Assembly (NCBI GenBank): GCA_963750165.1
Contig: CAVVPN010000012.1
Span: forward strand, 192,001 to 256,000
DNA from: an uncultured Gemmataceae bacterium
GTDB lineage: Bacteria; Planctomycetota; Planctomycetia; Gemmatales; Gemmataceae
Reading direction: 5' to 3'
Length of the DNA stretch: 64,000 nt
Both the position numbers and the translations under genes were made by a program. The stretch's first letter is position 1. The number at the start of each line of letters is the position of its first letter. Below, piece after piece: positions 9,437-18,715 of this stretch. A model generated the notes under the pieces. The model saw nothing but the letters and a program-made list of their open reading frames with translations, made no database searches and was not told the DNA's origin.

Positions 9437-10621
9437 ATGCCGGCGACCCGGGCCAGGCAGGCCAACCAGAAAATGGTCGATCGCCTCATCGCCGAGGGCA
9501 CCCTCTGGTCGCCGCCGCTCATTTCCGCCTTCCGGCACACGCCGCGGCACCTGTTCCTCGACCGCGTCTTCCAGCGCGAGGGCCCTGCTCGGTGGCGCGA
9601 AACCCTCGTGCGCGACGCCGGCCCGGAAGAACTGTCGCTCATCTACAGCGACCGCGCTCTCATCACCCGCGTCAGCCCGGACGGCGTGGCCATCAGCTCG
9701 TCCAGCCAGCCGTCGTTGATGGCCCAGATGTTGGAGGACCTGCAACTGGAACCGGGGCAGCGCGTGCTGGAAATCGGCGCCGGCACTGGCTACAACGCGG
9801 CGCTGCTGGCCCATGTCGTGGGGCCGGGCAACGTCCACAGCGCCGATGTGGACCGTGAGACGCTGAGTGAAGCGTATGCACATCTGAAGCCATTCGCGGA
9901 GCGCGGCGTCCGTTTGCACCACGCCGACGGCCGCGGCGGTCTGCCGGGCTACGCCCCCTTCGACCGCATCCTGGTGGCGGCGGCGGCGGTGGACCTGGAG
10001 CCGGCGTGGCTGGAGCAACTGGCGCCCGGCGGCCAGGTGCTGGCGCCGCTGGAGCTGGCGCCGGGACTGGCGTTCCTGGCGCTGGGGACGGTGCGCGACA
10101 GCACCTTCGACGGCCACCTGACGCGGGCGGCGTATTTCATGCCGTTGCGGGCGGAGGCCGAGAGCGGCGAACGCGAACGCGAGCCGGCGGTGGCGAGCAC
10201 GTTGCAGCAGTTGCCGGCGCCGTGGGCGGACTGGTTCGACGAGGGACGGCCGCGACTGCGCTGGTTGCAGTTTGTGCAGTCGCTGGTGTTCTTCGGTTTC
10301 CTGCGCGGCCTGGAAGCGCGGCAGCGCGGCGGCGACGAACTGGGGCTGCTGGGCGTGGGCGGCGCCGGGCAGCCAGAGATGGTGTGCTGGTTCGGCCGGC
10401 AGACGTGGTACGTCAGCGGTACGCAGGGCCGCGACCTTGGCTGGGAGTTGTGGCGGGCGTTCCTGGACGCAGGCGGCCCGTGGCCGACGGAATTTCGGCT
10501 GCGGGCGCGGGCCGACGGCGCGATCCCGGAAGCCGGTGCCCGTGTCCATACCCAGCAGGGACCGCGCTGCCGCCATGTCTGGGAGCTGCCCCAGACGCGG
10601 ACGCGGCCGGTTGTTTTGTAG
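9437..10621 (+). CDS. protein-L-isoaspartate O-methyltransferase-like protein with a C-terminal extension
   Basis: PRHLF, ISSSSQPSLMAQML, RVLEIGAGTGYNAALL, DG..G....APFDRI. Confidence 0.85.
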   Translation: MPATRARQANQKMVDRLIAEGTLWSPPLISAFRHTPRHLFLDRVFQREGPARWRETLVRDAGPEELSLIYSDRALITRVSPDGVAISSSSQPSLMAQMLEDLQLEPGQRVLEIGAGTGYNAALLAHVVGPGNVHSADVDRETLSEAYAHLKPFAERGVRLHHADGRGGLPGYAPFDRILVAAAAVDLEPAWLEQLAPGGQVLAPLELAPGLAFLALGTVRDSTFDGHLTRAAYFMPLRAEAESGEREREPAVASTLQQLPAPWADWFDEGRPRLRWLQFVQSLVFFGFLRGLEARQRGGDELGLLGVGGAGQPEMVCWFGRQTWYVSGTQGRDLGWELWRAFLDAGGPWPTEFRLRARADGAIPEAGARVHTQQGPRCRHVWELPQTRTRPVVL

Positions 10622-10720
10622 GAAGGCAGCAACCCCTTGCAGAACGCCCCGGGAAGACAGTATAACTTACCATGCGCCTCCTCCAAGCCAGCAGCATGAC
10701 TTTGCACGGGAGACCAGACG

Positions 10721-11404
10721 ATGCCCAGTCCTTTTCCGGGAATGGATCCGTATCTCGAAGACGAAAAGCTCTGGGGTGCCTTCCACCATCAACTCGTCGG
10801 CTGCCTGTATCAGGTGCTGCTGCCGAGCCTGGTGGATCGCTACCGGGCGCGCGTCGCCCAGCGCCACTACGCCACCGAACAGGCCCTATTCACGTCCATC
10901 ATCCGCGAGGAGCACCACGAGGAGTATATCGAAATCCGTCAGCGCACCGACAACCGCCTGGTGACGCTGGTGGACGTGGTTAGCCCCACCAACAAACTGA
11001 CGACCGCCGGCCGGCAGGCGTACCTCGACAAGCGCCGCGAGGGCCGCAACGCCAGCGCCAACCTGGTCGAGATCGACCTGATCTTGCAAGGCCAACCGCT
11101 GCTCGAATACTCGCGCGATGGTCTGCCCGACTGGGATTACGCCGTCACGGTCACGCGCTCGACGCAGCCGGAGCGCTACGAAATCTACACCGCGACGCTT
11201 CAAAAACGCCTGCCGAAGTTCCGCCTGCCGCTGGCGCCCGACGACCGCGATACCGTCCTCGACCTGCACGCGACCTTCACCCGCTGCTATGACCAGGGCG
11301 ACTTCGCCGCCAAGATTGACTACCAGCGCGACCCGGCCGCCGCCGTCAACGACGAGGACCGCAAGTGGCTGCATGAACTGCTGAAACAGCAGAAGTTGCG
11401 TTAA
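10721..11404 (+). CDS. DUF4058 family protein
   Basis: MPSPFPGMDPYLE start, YIEIR, VVSPTNK, LVEIDL. Confidence 0.9.
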   Translation: MPSPFPGMDPYLEDEKLWGAFHHQLVGCLYQVLLPSLVDRYRARVAQRHYATEQALFTSIIREEHHEEYIEIRQRTDNRLVTLVDVVSPTNKLTTAGRQAYLDKRREGRNASANLVEIDLILQGQPLLEYSRDGLPDWDYAVTVTRSTQPERYEIYTATLQKRLPKFRLPLAPDDRDTVLDLHATFTRCYDQGDFAAKIDYQRDPAAAVNDEDRKWLHELLKQQKLR

Positions 11405-11409
11405 GAGGA

Positions 11410-11490
11410 GATTCACCACAAAGACACAAAGAACACAAAGGAAAATCAATTGTGTCTTCCTTTGAGCCCTTTGTGTCTTTGTGGTGAATC
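11410..11490. repeat. TCACCAC-family inverted repeat element
   Basis: GATTCACCACAAAGACACAAAG / CTTTGTGTCTTTGTGGTGAATC. Confidence 0.9.
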
Positions 11491-11496
11491 CATTTC

Positions 11497-12054
11497 ATGG
11501 CTACCCCGCGCCAGCCGCCAGCCGTCCTGCTCGTCGTCGCCGCCTTCAGCCGCCACGCCGACGCCCTTACCTGGGCCGCCCAGCGCCTCCAGCACCTCCA
11601 CGGCTCGCTCGCCGCCGTCAGCCCCGCCTTCGCGTTTGACCAGACGGCGTACTACGCGGCAACCATGGGGCCGGATCTGCGCAAGCAGTTTCTGGTCTTC
11701 GAGCAACTCGTGTCGCTCGACTGCCTGCCGCCAGTCAAGCTGGGCACCAACGCGCTGGAACAGGAACTCGCCGACACCGGCACGTTCCCCGAGGCCCGAC
11801 CGCTCAACCTTGACCCCGGTCTGCTGACCCTGGGCAAGTTCCAGCTGGCCACCACCAAGGACCAGGCCCATCGGCTGTACCTGCGCGACGGCATTTACGC
11901 CGAGGTCACGCTGCGCTTCCAGGCCGGTCAGTTCGAGCCGTGGCCGTGGACCTACGCCGACTACCGCGAGCCCGCCGTGCGCGCGTTTCTGAAGGAGCAG
12001 CGCGAATATTACAAGCGCCGCCTGGCGGAACTGGGGCCCGCCGAACCGGGATAA
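11497..12054 (+). CDS. DUF4416 family protein
   Basis: F..T.YY...MG, RPLNLDPG, LATTK...HRLYL..GIYAEVTL, PWTY.DY. Confidence 0.85.
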   Translation: MATPRQPPAVLLVVAAFSRHADALTWAAQRLQHLHGSLAAVSPAFAFDQTAYYAATMGPDLRKQFLVFEQLVSLDCLPPVKLGTNALEQELADTGTFPEARPLNLDPGLLTLGKFQLATTKDQAHRLYLRDGIYAEVTLRFQAGQFEPWPWTYADYREPAVRAFLKEQREYYKRRLAELGPAEPG

Positions 12055-12205
12055 CCTTGGCGTCTTGCCCGGACGACGCCGAATCCGCGAACCGCAGGAC
12101 ATCGCTTCTAGCAGACCAAAAAGTCGCGCGGTTGCAAGTGGGGACTTGCTCCGGCCGCGCGGGCATGGTAGCATCGCCGCCAGCACAATGACTTTCAGGA
12201 ACAGA

Positions 12206-12230
12206 GGCAGACAGGAATGTCCGCCCCACG
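12206..12230. repeat. solo arm of the GGCAGACAGGAATGT-family palindrome
   Basis: Matches the arm at 38991-39015. Confidence 0.75.
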
Positions 12231-12237
12231 GAGGAGC

Positions 12238-12324
12238 AGAAAAAGGTGCCGTCGGTCCTGGCGGCCAAGGGGATCGTGCGAGGGAATTCACCAGAACCGA
12301 CGGCAGCAGTGCTCTTTCATTGTA
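12238..12324 (-). ncRNA. candidate small RNA or hairpin transcript
   Basis: Minus strand: TACAAT, then a 15-bp stem TGCCGTCGGTTCTGG/CCAGGACCGACGGCA (one G-U), then CCTTTTT. Confidence 0.35.
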
Positions 12325-12438
12325 GCGCCTGATCAGATCGGCAACAGCGCGGCGCGGGAGAACCCAACGTGCCCAGCGCCGTTTTTCGGCAAGTGGTAAC
12401 GGTTGCCGGGGTCAGGACGGAGCGCACGGAGGTGTCGG

Positions 12439-12870
12439 ATGGGCAAGGAAAAGAATGTGCAAGGCGGTTGGTTGTTCAAGGAGGAGCCGGAGCACTACAG
12501 TTTCGCTGACCTCGAACGCGATGGCCAAACGGTCTGGGACGGTATCACCAACGCCCTGGCCCTGCAATACCTGCGGCAAGTGCGGGCCGGGGATCGGGTG
12601 CTATACTACCATACGGGAAAGGAAAAGGCGGTTGTCGGGGAAATGCGGGCAGTGAGCAACGCGCAGACGACCACGGATGATGCGAAGGCGGTGAGCGTGC
12701 CGGTACGGCCGGTGCGGCGCTGGTCGCGGCCCGTGACGCTGGCCCGCATCAAGCAGGATGACTGGCTGGCCAAACACTGGGACCTGGTGCGGTTGCCGCG
12801 GTTGTCGGTCGTCCCAGTGTCCGCGGAGGTCTGGCAGCGCGTCGAGGCACTGGGACAGGAGCCCGGTTGA
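12439..12870 (+). CDS. EVE domain protein
   Basis: WLFKEEP..YS..DL, WDGI.N..A...L, GD.VLYYHTG, RLSVVPV. Confidence 0.92.
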   Translation: MGKEKNVQGGWLFKEEPEHYSFADLERDGQTVWDGITNALALQYLRQVRAGDRVLYYHTGKEKAVVGEMRAVSNAQTTTDDAKAVSVPVRPVRRWSRPVTLARIKQDDWLAKHWDLVRLPRLSVVPVSAEVWQRVEALGQEPG

Positions 12871-13122
12871 GCAGTTGTGGAGGCCCGGACCTTGCAGCCC
12901 CCCTGAACTTGAGTACAATTAAACAGGTGCCAGGGAAGGCCGGTCATTGATTTCGAGACCCGGAGTGACCCCGCGGTCGATTGGTCGGCCCGCACCGACC
13001 CGCATGGCCCCCCTGGATGACTCGCCGTGCGTGCAACTCCGGTTGCTGGGTGCGGACGCCACTACTCGGCCCGCCCACCGGCGCCCGCGTTCCGGTCTCG
13101 GTTCCCTCGAGGAAGGGCACTT

Positions 13123-14208
13123 ATGGCACGGCCCAGTTCGGAATCCGTCCAGGGTAGATCGAACTCGACCCGCAACTCGGACAAATTCCTCGCCAGTTTG
13201 AAGGCGGCCAGCTGCGTCACCTTCGTTACCCACGTCCACCCCGACCCGGACGGCCTCGGCTCCATGCTGGGGCTGGCGCACTTGGTGGAAGCCTGCCTTC
13301 GCAAACCCACCCGGTTGACCCGCGACGGCCTCATCAGCCGCGCCGAAAACCGCGCCATGGTCGAGTTGCTCGACATCGAGTTGATACCCATCCAGGACAT
13401 TCAGTGGCGGCCCGGCGAGGCCATCGTCATGGTCGATAGCCAGCCCGGCACCGGCCGCCACACCTTCGCCCCGGACACAACCGTTCACGCCGTCATCGAC
13501 CACCACCAGACGCCCGGCGACCTCGGCGACGTGGCGTTCACCGATGTTCGCCGCGACGTGGGCGCCACCTGCTCCGTGGTGACCGAATACCTGCGCGAGC
13601 AGGGCCTGCGCATCCCGCCGCGCGTGGCGACGGCACTGCTCTACGGCATCGAAACCGAGATGAACGGCTTTCCGCGCAACGCCAGCGCCCTGGACGACGA
13701 CGCGACGTACTTCCTGTTCCCGCTGGCGGACAAGGACTTGCTGGCGCAGATTCGCAACGCCCGGCTGCCGCAGAGCTACTTCCAGTGCATGTTGCAAGCC
13801 ATGCAAAGCTCGTTCATCTACGACCGGCTCATCATCAGCTGGGTGGACGATCTGCCGTCGCCAGAGCTGGCGGCGCAGGTGGTCGATTTCATGATCCGCT
13901 TCGAGGAAGTGGACTGGGCGTGCTGCGCCGGCGTCTACGAGGACAAGCTGATCTTGTCGGTGCGGACGAGCCAGCCGCGCGGCCGGGCAGGGGACATGCT
14001 ACGGCAGGTGGTCGGCAAGCTGGGCCGGGCCGGCGGCCACGACCGCCGCGCCGGCGGTTGCATTCCGCTGGCGAGCACGTCCGACAGCGCTGTCGAGGAT
14101 CTGCAGGGCGAACTGCGGCGGCGGTTGCTCAAGGCGCTGCACATCGACGAGTGCCGCGGGCAGCGCCTGGTGTCGCGCCGCGAGATGCTGCAAAACATCA
14201 CCGCCTGA
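13123..14208 (+). CDS. DHH/DHHA1 phosphoesterase (NrnA-like)
   Basis: HVHPDPDGLGS, VDSQ, VIDHH, GGH...AGG. Confidence 0.92.
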   Translation: MARPSSESVQGRSNSTRNSDKFLASLKAASCVTFVTHVHPDPDGLGSMLGLAHLVEACLRKPTRLTRDGLISRAENRAMVELLDIELIPIQDIQWRPGEAIVMVDSQPGTGRHTFAPDTTVHAVIDHHQTPGDLGDVAFTDVRRDVGATCSVVTEYLREQGLRIPPRVATALLYGIETEMNGFPRNASALDDDATYFLFPLADKDLLAQIRNARLPQSYFQCMLQAMQSSFIYDRLIISWVDDLPSPELAAQVVDFMIRFEEVDWACCAGVYEDKLILSVRTSQPRGRAGDMLRQVVGKLGRAGGHDRRAGGCIPLASTSDSAVEDLQGELRRRLLKALHIDECRGQRLVSRREMLQNITA

Positions 14209-14220
14209 TCGGATGAGAAA

Positions 14221-14261
14221 AATTCACCACAGAGAACGCTCTGCGTTCTCTGTGGTGAATT
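14221..14261. repeat. short TCACCAC-family palindrome between convergent genes (possible bidirectional terminator)
   Basis: AATTCACCACAGAGAACGC TCT GCGTTCTCTGTGGTGAATT. Confidence 0.85.
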
Positions 14262-14267
14262 CCTCTT

Positions 14268-15661
14268 TCAATGCTTGCGCTTGGCCCCGGAGCCGGCCAG
14301 GATCTTGGCTGGCCGCTCCACCTTGATCGAGGTCTTCTCCAGCGCTGGCGGCTCCGGCGCCGCAGTCGGCGGCGCCGCTTGGCCGAGGCGGCCAGCGCTC
14401 AGCCGTCGCAGCGCCCAGTGCAGCGTCGGCGCCGGCACGAATACCAGGTTCATCGTCAACATGATGAGCGCGAACGTCTTCATGCCCATGAACAGCGCGA
14501 TCGAGCCGTGCAGCAGAATCGCCAGCACCAGCAGGATCGGCCGCGTCGATGGCCGCCAGATCAGGAACGGATAGCAGATTTCAAACACCAGCGTCAGCAC
14601 CGTCGCCGTGTTCATCACCACTTCATAGAGCACCTTGCTCGCCACCAACCAGCGCAGGAAACCGAGGTACGTCGGCGAGCCGACCGGCGCGAACTCGAAG
14701 TTGGCGATGGTGCCCCAGACCGCTTCGCCCATCCACCACGACTGCCCCATCAACTTCGACAGGCCCGCCGATGTGTAAATGATGCACAGATGGATTTGCA
14801 ACAGCCGGATGGCCACGTTCGCGCCCACCGACGCCGGCGGCACCGGCGACCACGTTCCCGGCGGCACCGGGGCCGGCACCCCGCCACCCCGCGTCCAGAA
14901 CGCCCGCCAGCGGCCGATCACGTCCACCCGCGCCCGCGCCCACCACGCGCCAGCAGCCGATCCAGCGACAAGGCGTCACCGCTCGGGCCGATCATCAGGT
15001 ACAGCAACACCACCGCCACGATGAAGTCGGCGCCGAACAGCATGATGGGATTGCGGTGCATGAAGCTCAGCCACGCCAGCCAGGTCAGCACTGCGGTCAA
15101 CCGCGTCCCCAGGCCGAGCGTGAACAGCACGCACACCGCCAGGATGCCCAGCTGCACCGCCATCATGCTGTCCGGGTCCGTGACGTGGAACCAGATCGAC
15201 CAGGCCGGCTGGCCGCGCACCGACACCAGCCGCGCGTCCACGCCCCATTTGTGGCGGAACTCGATGAACGACCGGGCCTCCGCCGCCGACTTCGGCTGCG
15301 GGCCGGGCGGCATTTCGCGGAACTCCTTCTGATACTCCTTCATATACTCTTCCTGCTCCGGGTTGGCCGGCGGCTGGAACGGCGCCGCCCAGCCCAGGAA
15401 GACCGGCGGTTGCGCCGCCTCGCGATACCACTCCTGGCTCGTGGTCAAATCGAACCAGGCGTCGGTGCCGACCATCTCCTGCAGGTCGAGGGTGTACGTG
15501 AACATCGTGAAGACGACAATCAGGCCGGTGCAGATGCGGACCACGGCCAGAACGGTCGGGTCGCCCGGCGTGAACCAGAAGCGCTCCCAGGCGGCGGCCA
15601 GGCCGGCGAGACGCCCCGGTCGGCCGGCGCCCGGAGTCGGTGCGGTGACGTGCGGATCCAT
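14268..15661 (-). CDS. HTTM-domain membrane protein (SdpB/vitamin K-dependent carboxylase-like), apparent frameshift at about 14947
   Basis: ORF 14918-15661 (WERFWF.P.DP..LAVVRI, LGLGTR, HRNP..LFGAD, ALSLD) and ORF 14268-14927 (IRLLQIHLCIIY.SAGLSKL.G..W..G.AV, FEI.YPFLIW, LHG.I) form one HTTM protein. Confidence 0.85.
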
Positions 15662-15722
15662 ATCGAGAGCCCTTCGATTGCGGAAGTGTCGGGGCGACGG
15701 GTCGGTTCATGGTTCGGGCCGG

Positions 15723-17175
15723 CTATCGGGGGCCAACGCCGGGCGGTGGCGGCGTCGGGAAGAAGCGCGGCGGCCGTTTCCAGTCGTTGATGTCGCCGGC
15801 GTGCTTGTAGGCGAATAGCAGGACCGGTGAGCGCGGGTCGTTTGGGTTCTCGCGCAGCGTCGGCATCAGGCAATAGAGCGCGGGGTCGGTTGGTTCGAGC
15901 AGGGTGCCGTCGGCGGCGTACTTGCCCATGTAGTAAGGCTGATACAGGGTGAAGTCGCGCGGATCGAGCCCCTGGGCCAGTGCGATCGCCGGAATGAACT
16001 GGTGCTGGACGTAGTAAATCCGCACCGTGGTCGCGTGCAACTTCGGATGTTTGGGATGCGGGTAATAGGCGATCAGGTGTCGGACATACGAGGACAGGGC
16101 CTGTTGCGCCATGGGCGCCGGCCGCCGGCCGCTCGGAATGCCCAGTTGCTGGACCTGCTGCGGTGGCACCCCCAGCTGGCCCCACACGAGCCCGACCAGC
16201 GGCGGATTGATCGGCACCGTCTGCGTGCGCTCGCTGTACATCAACCGTCGCTGGAAGCGCAACTGCAGGCCATACGGCCATTTGCCATCCTCGTCGATCT
16301 CCGGCAACTTGGCCCAGTGCGACAGCACCTTGCCCTGCTCGTCGTGAAACTCCAGCCGGAACCAGAGCTGCGAGGACGGGCCGGGGTCCGGCGAATAAAA
16401 GCGGTAGGCGTTGCTGAGGTACATGAAGTCGAGATAGGAGCTGTACAGGCGCCAGCGCAGGACCTGCGCCACCCACAGCCCCGGCTGCTCCGCGGTCACC
16501 GCCGTCACGATGGCGCCGAAGTGCAGCAGAATCAGCACACTGATCAGCAGCTTGCGCAGCCGTGATGAGCCCGCCGCGATGACGCCGCCGACATAGGCCG
16601 CCAGCGCCCCAACGCCCAGCAGCAGCCGGATGCTGTCCCAGTCCAGCGGCTGCCGCGGGTCGTACAGCGTCCATGTTGCCAGGAACAGCGCCAGCGCCGC
16701 CAGCGTTAGCAGGGCGGTCGCCTCGGCGCGGGCACTGACCGTCCCGGCCGTCCGCGCCTGCAGGAACCAGTACGCCCACAACCCACACCAGGGGGCCACC
16801 ACCAGCCACAACCAGATTAACTCCGTGTTCGACCACGGGGTGGACAGCGCCCGGATCAGCTGGCCCAGCAACAGCCCCGTCACCACGACCGCCAGCAGAC
16901 CGAAAGAGGCGGCCACCGCCAGCAAGGCGCGTTGCCGACTCGCCGGCGTCAGCTGCGTCAGAAAGGCCACGTCGCCCCAGCTCCAGCGCAGACACAGGCC
17001 GATGCCGACCGCCAGCAGGCCGAGGCACAGCAGCAGTCCGCGCCGGCTCGTCCGGGCCGAGCAGCCGCATCCACAAAAAGCCACCGCCGACCGCCGCGAC
17101 GCCTGCCGCCAACCACGGCCACGGGTTTGACAATGCCCATTCGGAGCGAGGCGCCACACCTTCTGCAGTTGCCAT
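15723..17175 (-). CDS. multi-TM membrane protein with an SdpA/DUF5819-like C-terminal domain, apparent frameshift at about 17041
   Basis: N-terminus MATAEGVAP...LGPDEPAR joins GLLLCLGLL...; LILLHF...YLDFMYLSNAYRFYSPDPGP motif; directly upstream of the HTTM gene. Confidence 0.7.
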
Positions 17176-17215
17176 CGTTGTTCAACCTTCGAGAAATTGC
17201 TCCGCGCCCGCGCCG

Positions 17216-17283
17216 GGCGAGCGGGGGGTGTCAGCCCCCTTGTTGATTCACAGGAAACAGAGGGCTGACGCCCTCCGCTCGCC
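17216..17283. repeat. REP-like palindrome (GGCGAGCGG..GTCAGCC family)
   Basis: Inverted arms; relatives at 30714-30785 and 49232-49299. Confidence 0.85.
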
Positions 17284-17595
17284 TGGCGCGTTGTTTCGGT
17301 GGTCGGCACGGATGCGAATGGGGTGCGAAACGAGACCCGGCGGGAGGGCACCGCACACGCCGCCCGGGCATGGGAAAATCTATCAGCAAGGATACCTGAT
17401 GCAGCTGGGGAAACTCCAGAGAATAACGAAAATTGTCCGCCGCGCTGCTGTCGGAGGAAGGACAGGCACGGGGAGTGCCAGGGAAACGGCCTGCGCGACA
17501 GTGCGCAGGGGGAGCGCCCAGGGGAAAAAATCCCTTGTTTCCGATTATGCGGGACTTACCGCCCACAGAATTCCTTTATATCGCCCAGATTACTG

Positions 17596-17624
17596 TTGAC
17601 ACTTTTTTTGACTATCTTTACTAT
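17596..17624 (+). promoter_or_regulatory. near-consensus sigma70 promoter TTGACA-N17-TACTAT
   Basis: TTGACA at 17596-17601, exactly 17 nt spacer, TACTAT at 17619-17624, in an AT-rich patch. Confidence 0.75.
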
Positions 17625-17813
17625 CCACCTCAGTCAACGAAGTTTAACGGATTGACAAACTCATGACATCCCATCGCATGCAACTCGCGTGCCCCGGAGG
17701 GGCGCTGGCGGGTGGAGTAACCACCACTGGATCGGTTCGGCAACGGCTCCAGGCCCTTTGGGTTTCTGATAAACCGTGGACTGGCTCTTACGTTTTTCTG
17801 CAGGAGGTTCAGC

Positions 17814-18554
17814 ATGTACAGTGTCGTGTTGATGATGGCTCTGACGGGCGGCGCGGAGGTTCCGGACCACCACAACCGGGGTGGCTGCTACGGCGGCGGC
17901 TACGGCGGCTGCTACGGCGGCGGCTACGGCGGTTGCTCCGGCGGGGGACACCGTCTGTTCGGCGGCGGGATGTTCGGCGGTCACCGCCAGGGTGGCTGCT
18001 ACGGCGGCGGTTACGGCTACGGCGGCGGCTACGGCGGCTGCTACGGCGGCGGTTACGGCGGCGGTTACACGGGCTGCTACGGTGGCGGTTACGGTGGCGG
18101 TTACATGGGCTGCTACGGTGGCGGTTACGGCTACGGTTGCACCGGTGGCATGGTCGGCGGCTGCTACGGCGGCGGCATGATGTACGGTCAGCCCATGATG
18201 GGTCAACAACCCTACATGCAGCAACCGGGGAAGCAGAAGGAAATGGTCAACCCCCCGAAGGACAAGGACAAGGTTCCCGGTGAGATCGCCGCGCCGGCCA
18301 CCCTCGTTGTCAACCTGCCGGCCAGCGCCCGGCTGATCGTGGACGGCCACACCACCGCGTCCACCTCCGCAGTGCGGACGTTCGTGTCCCCGACCCTCCA
18401 GCCCAACCGCGAGTACAGCTACACGCTGGTGGCGGAAGTGACCCAGAACGGCCAGACCGTCCGCCAGGAGCGGCAGGTTGCTGTCCGCGCCGGCGTCCAG
18501 ACCAATGTGAATTTCGAGTTCCCGGTGACGACCACCACCTCCGTCAGCCGCTAA
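17814..18554 (+). CDS. TIGR03000-domain protein with a Gly/Cys/Tyr repeat region
   Basis: CAGGAGG RBS; MYSVVLMMAL signal-like start; GCYGGG repeats; ATLVVNLPASARLIVDG...RTFVSP.L....Y.Y.L.AE...VRAG domain. Confidence 0.9.
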   Translation: MYSVVLMMALTGGAEVPDHHNRGGCYGGGYGGCYGGGYGGCSGGGHRLFGGGMFGGHRQGGCYGGGYGYGGGYGGCYGGGYGGGYTGCYGGGYGGGYMGCYGGGYGYGCTGGMVGGCYGGGMMYGQPMMGQQPYMQQPGKQKEMVNPPKDKDKVPGEIAAPATLVVNLPASARLIVDGHTTASTSAVRTFVSPTLQPNREYSYTLVAEVTQNGQTVRQERQVAVRAGVQTNVNFEFPVTTTTSVSR

Positions 18555-18656
18555 GCGCGGCGCACCGAGGCGGTTGACGTTGACCAGTCTGGAGCCGACA
18601 GCCGATCTCGGAACAAGTGCGGAGAGGTTCGATCCTGTCTCAATTGACCGGAACTG

Positions 18657-18689
18657 GGGGAGGCCTTTCGGGGCCTCCCCTTTGTTTTT
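18657..18689 (+). terminator. intrinsic terminator
   Basis: GGGGAGGCC-TTTCG-GGCCTCCCC followed by TTTGTTTTT. Confidence 0.85.
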
Positions 18690-18715
18690 GGCCCCGCCGC
18701 GATACACTGCCCATC

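Noticed and set aside
10721..12870. DUF4058 and EVE genes as an anti-phage island
   Set aside because: Both are common stand-alone genes in this lineage; there is no nuclease-ATPase partner or island signature.
17881..18180. Ala/Thr-rich alternative ORFs and possible CRISPR-like periodicity
   Set aside because: These are frame shadows of the Gly-Cys-Tyr coding repeat.
18570..18650. tRNA-like GGTTCGATCC downstream of the TIGR03000 gene
   Set aside because: The T-stem does not pair properly, and there is no convincing D or anticodon arm or CCA end.
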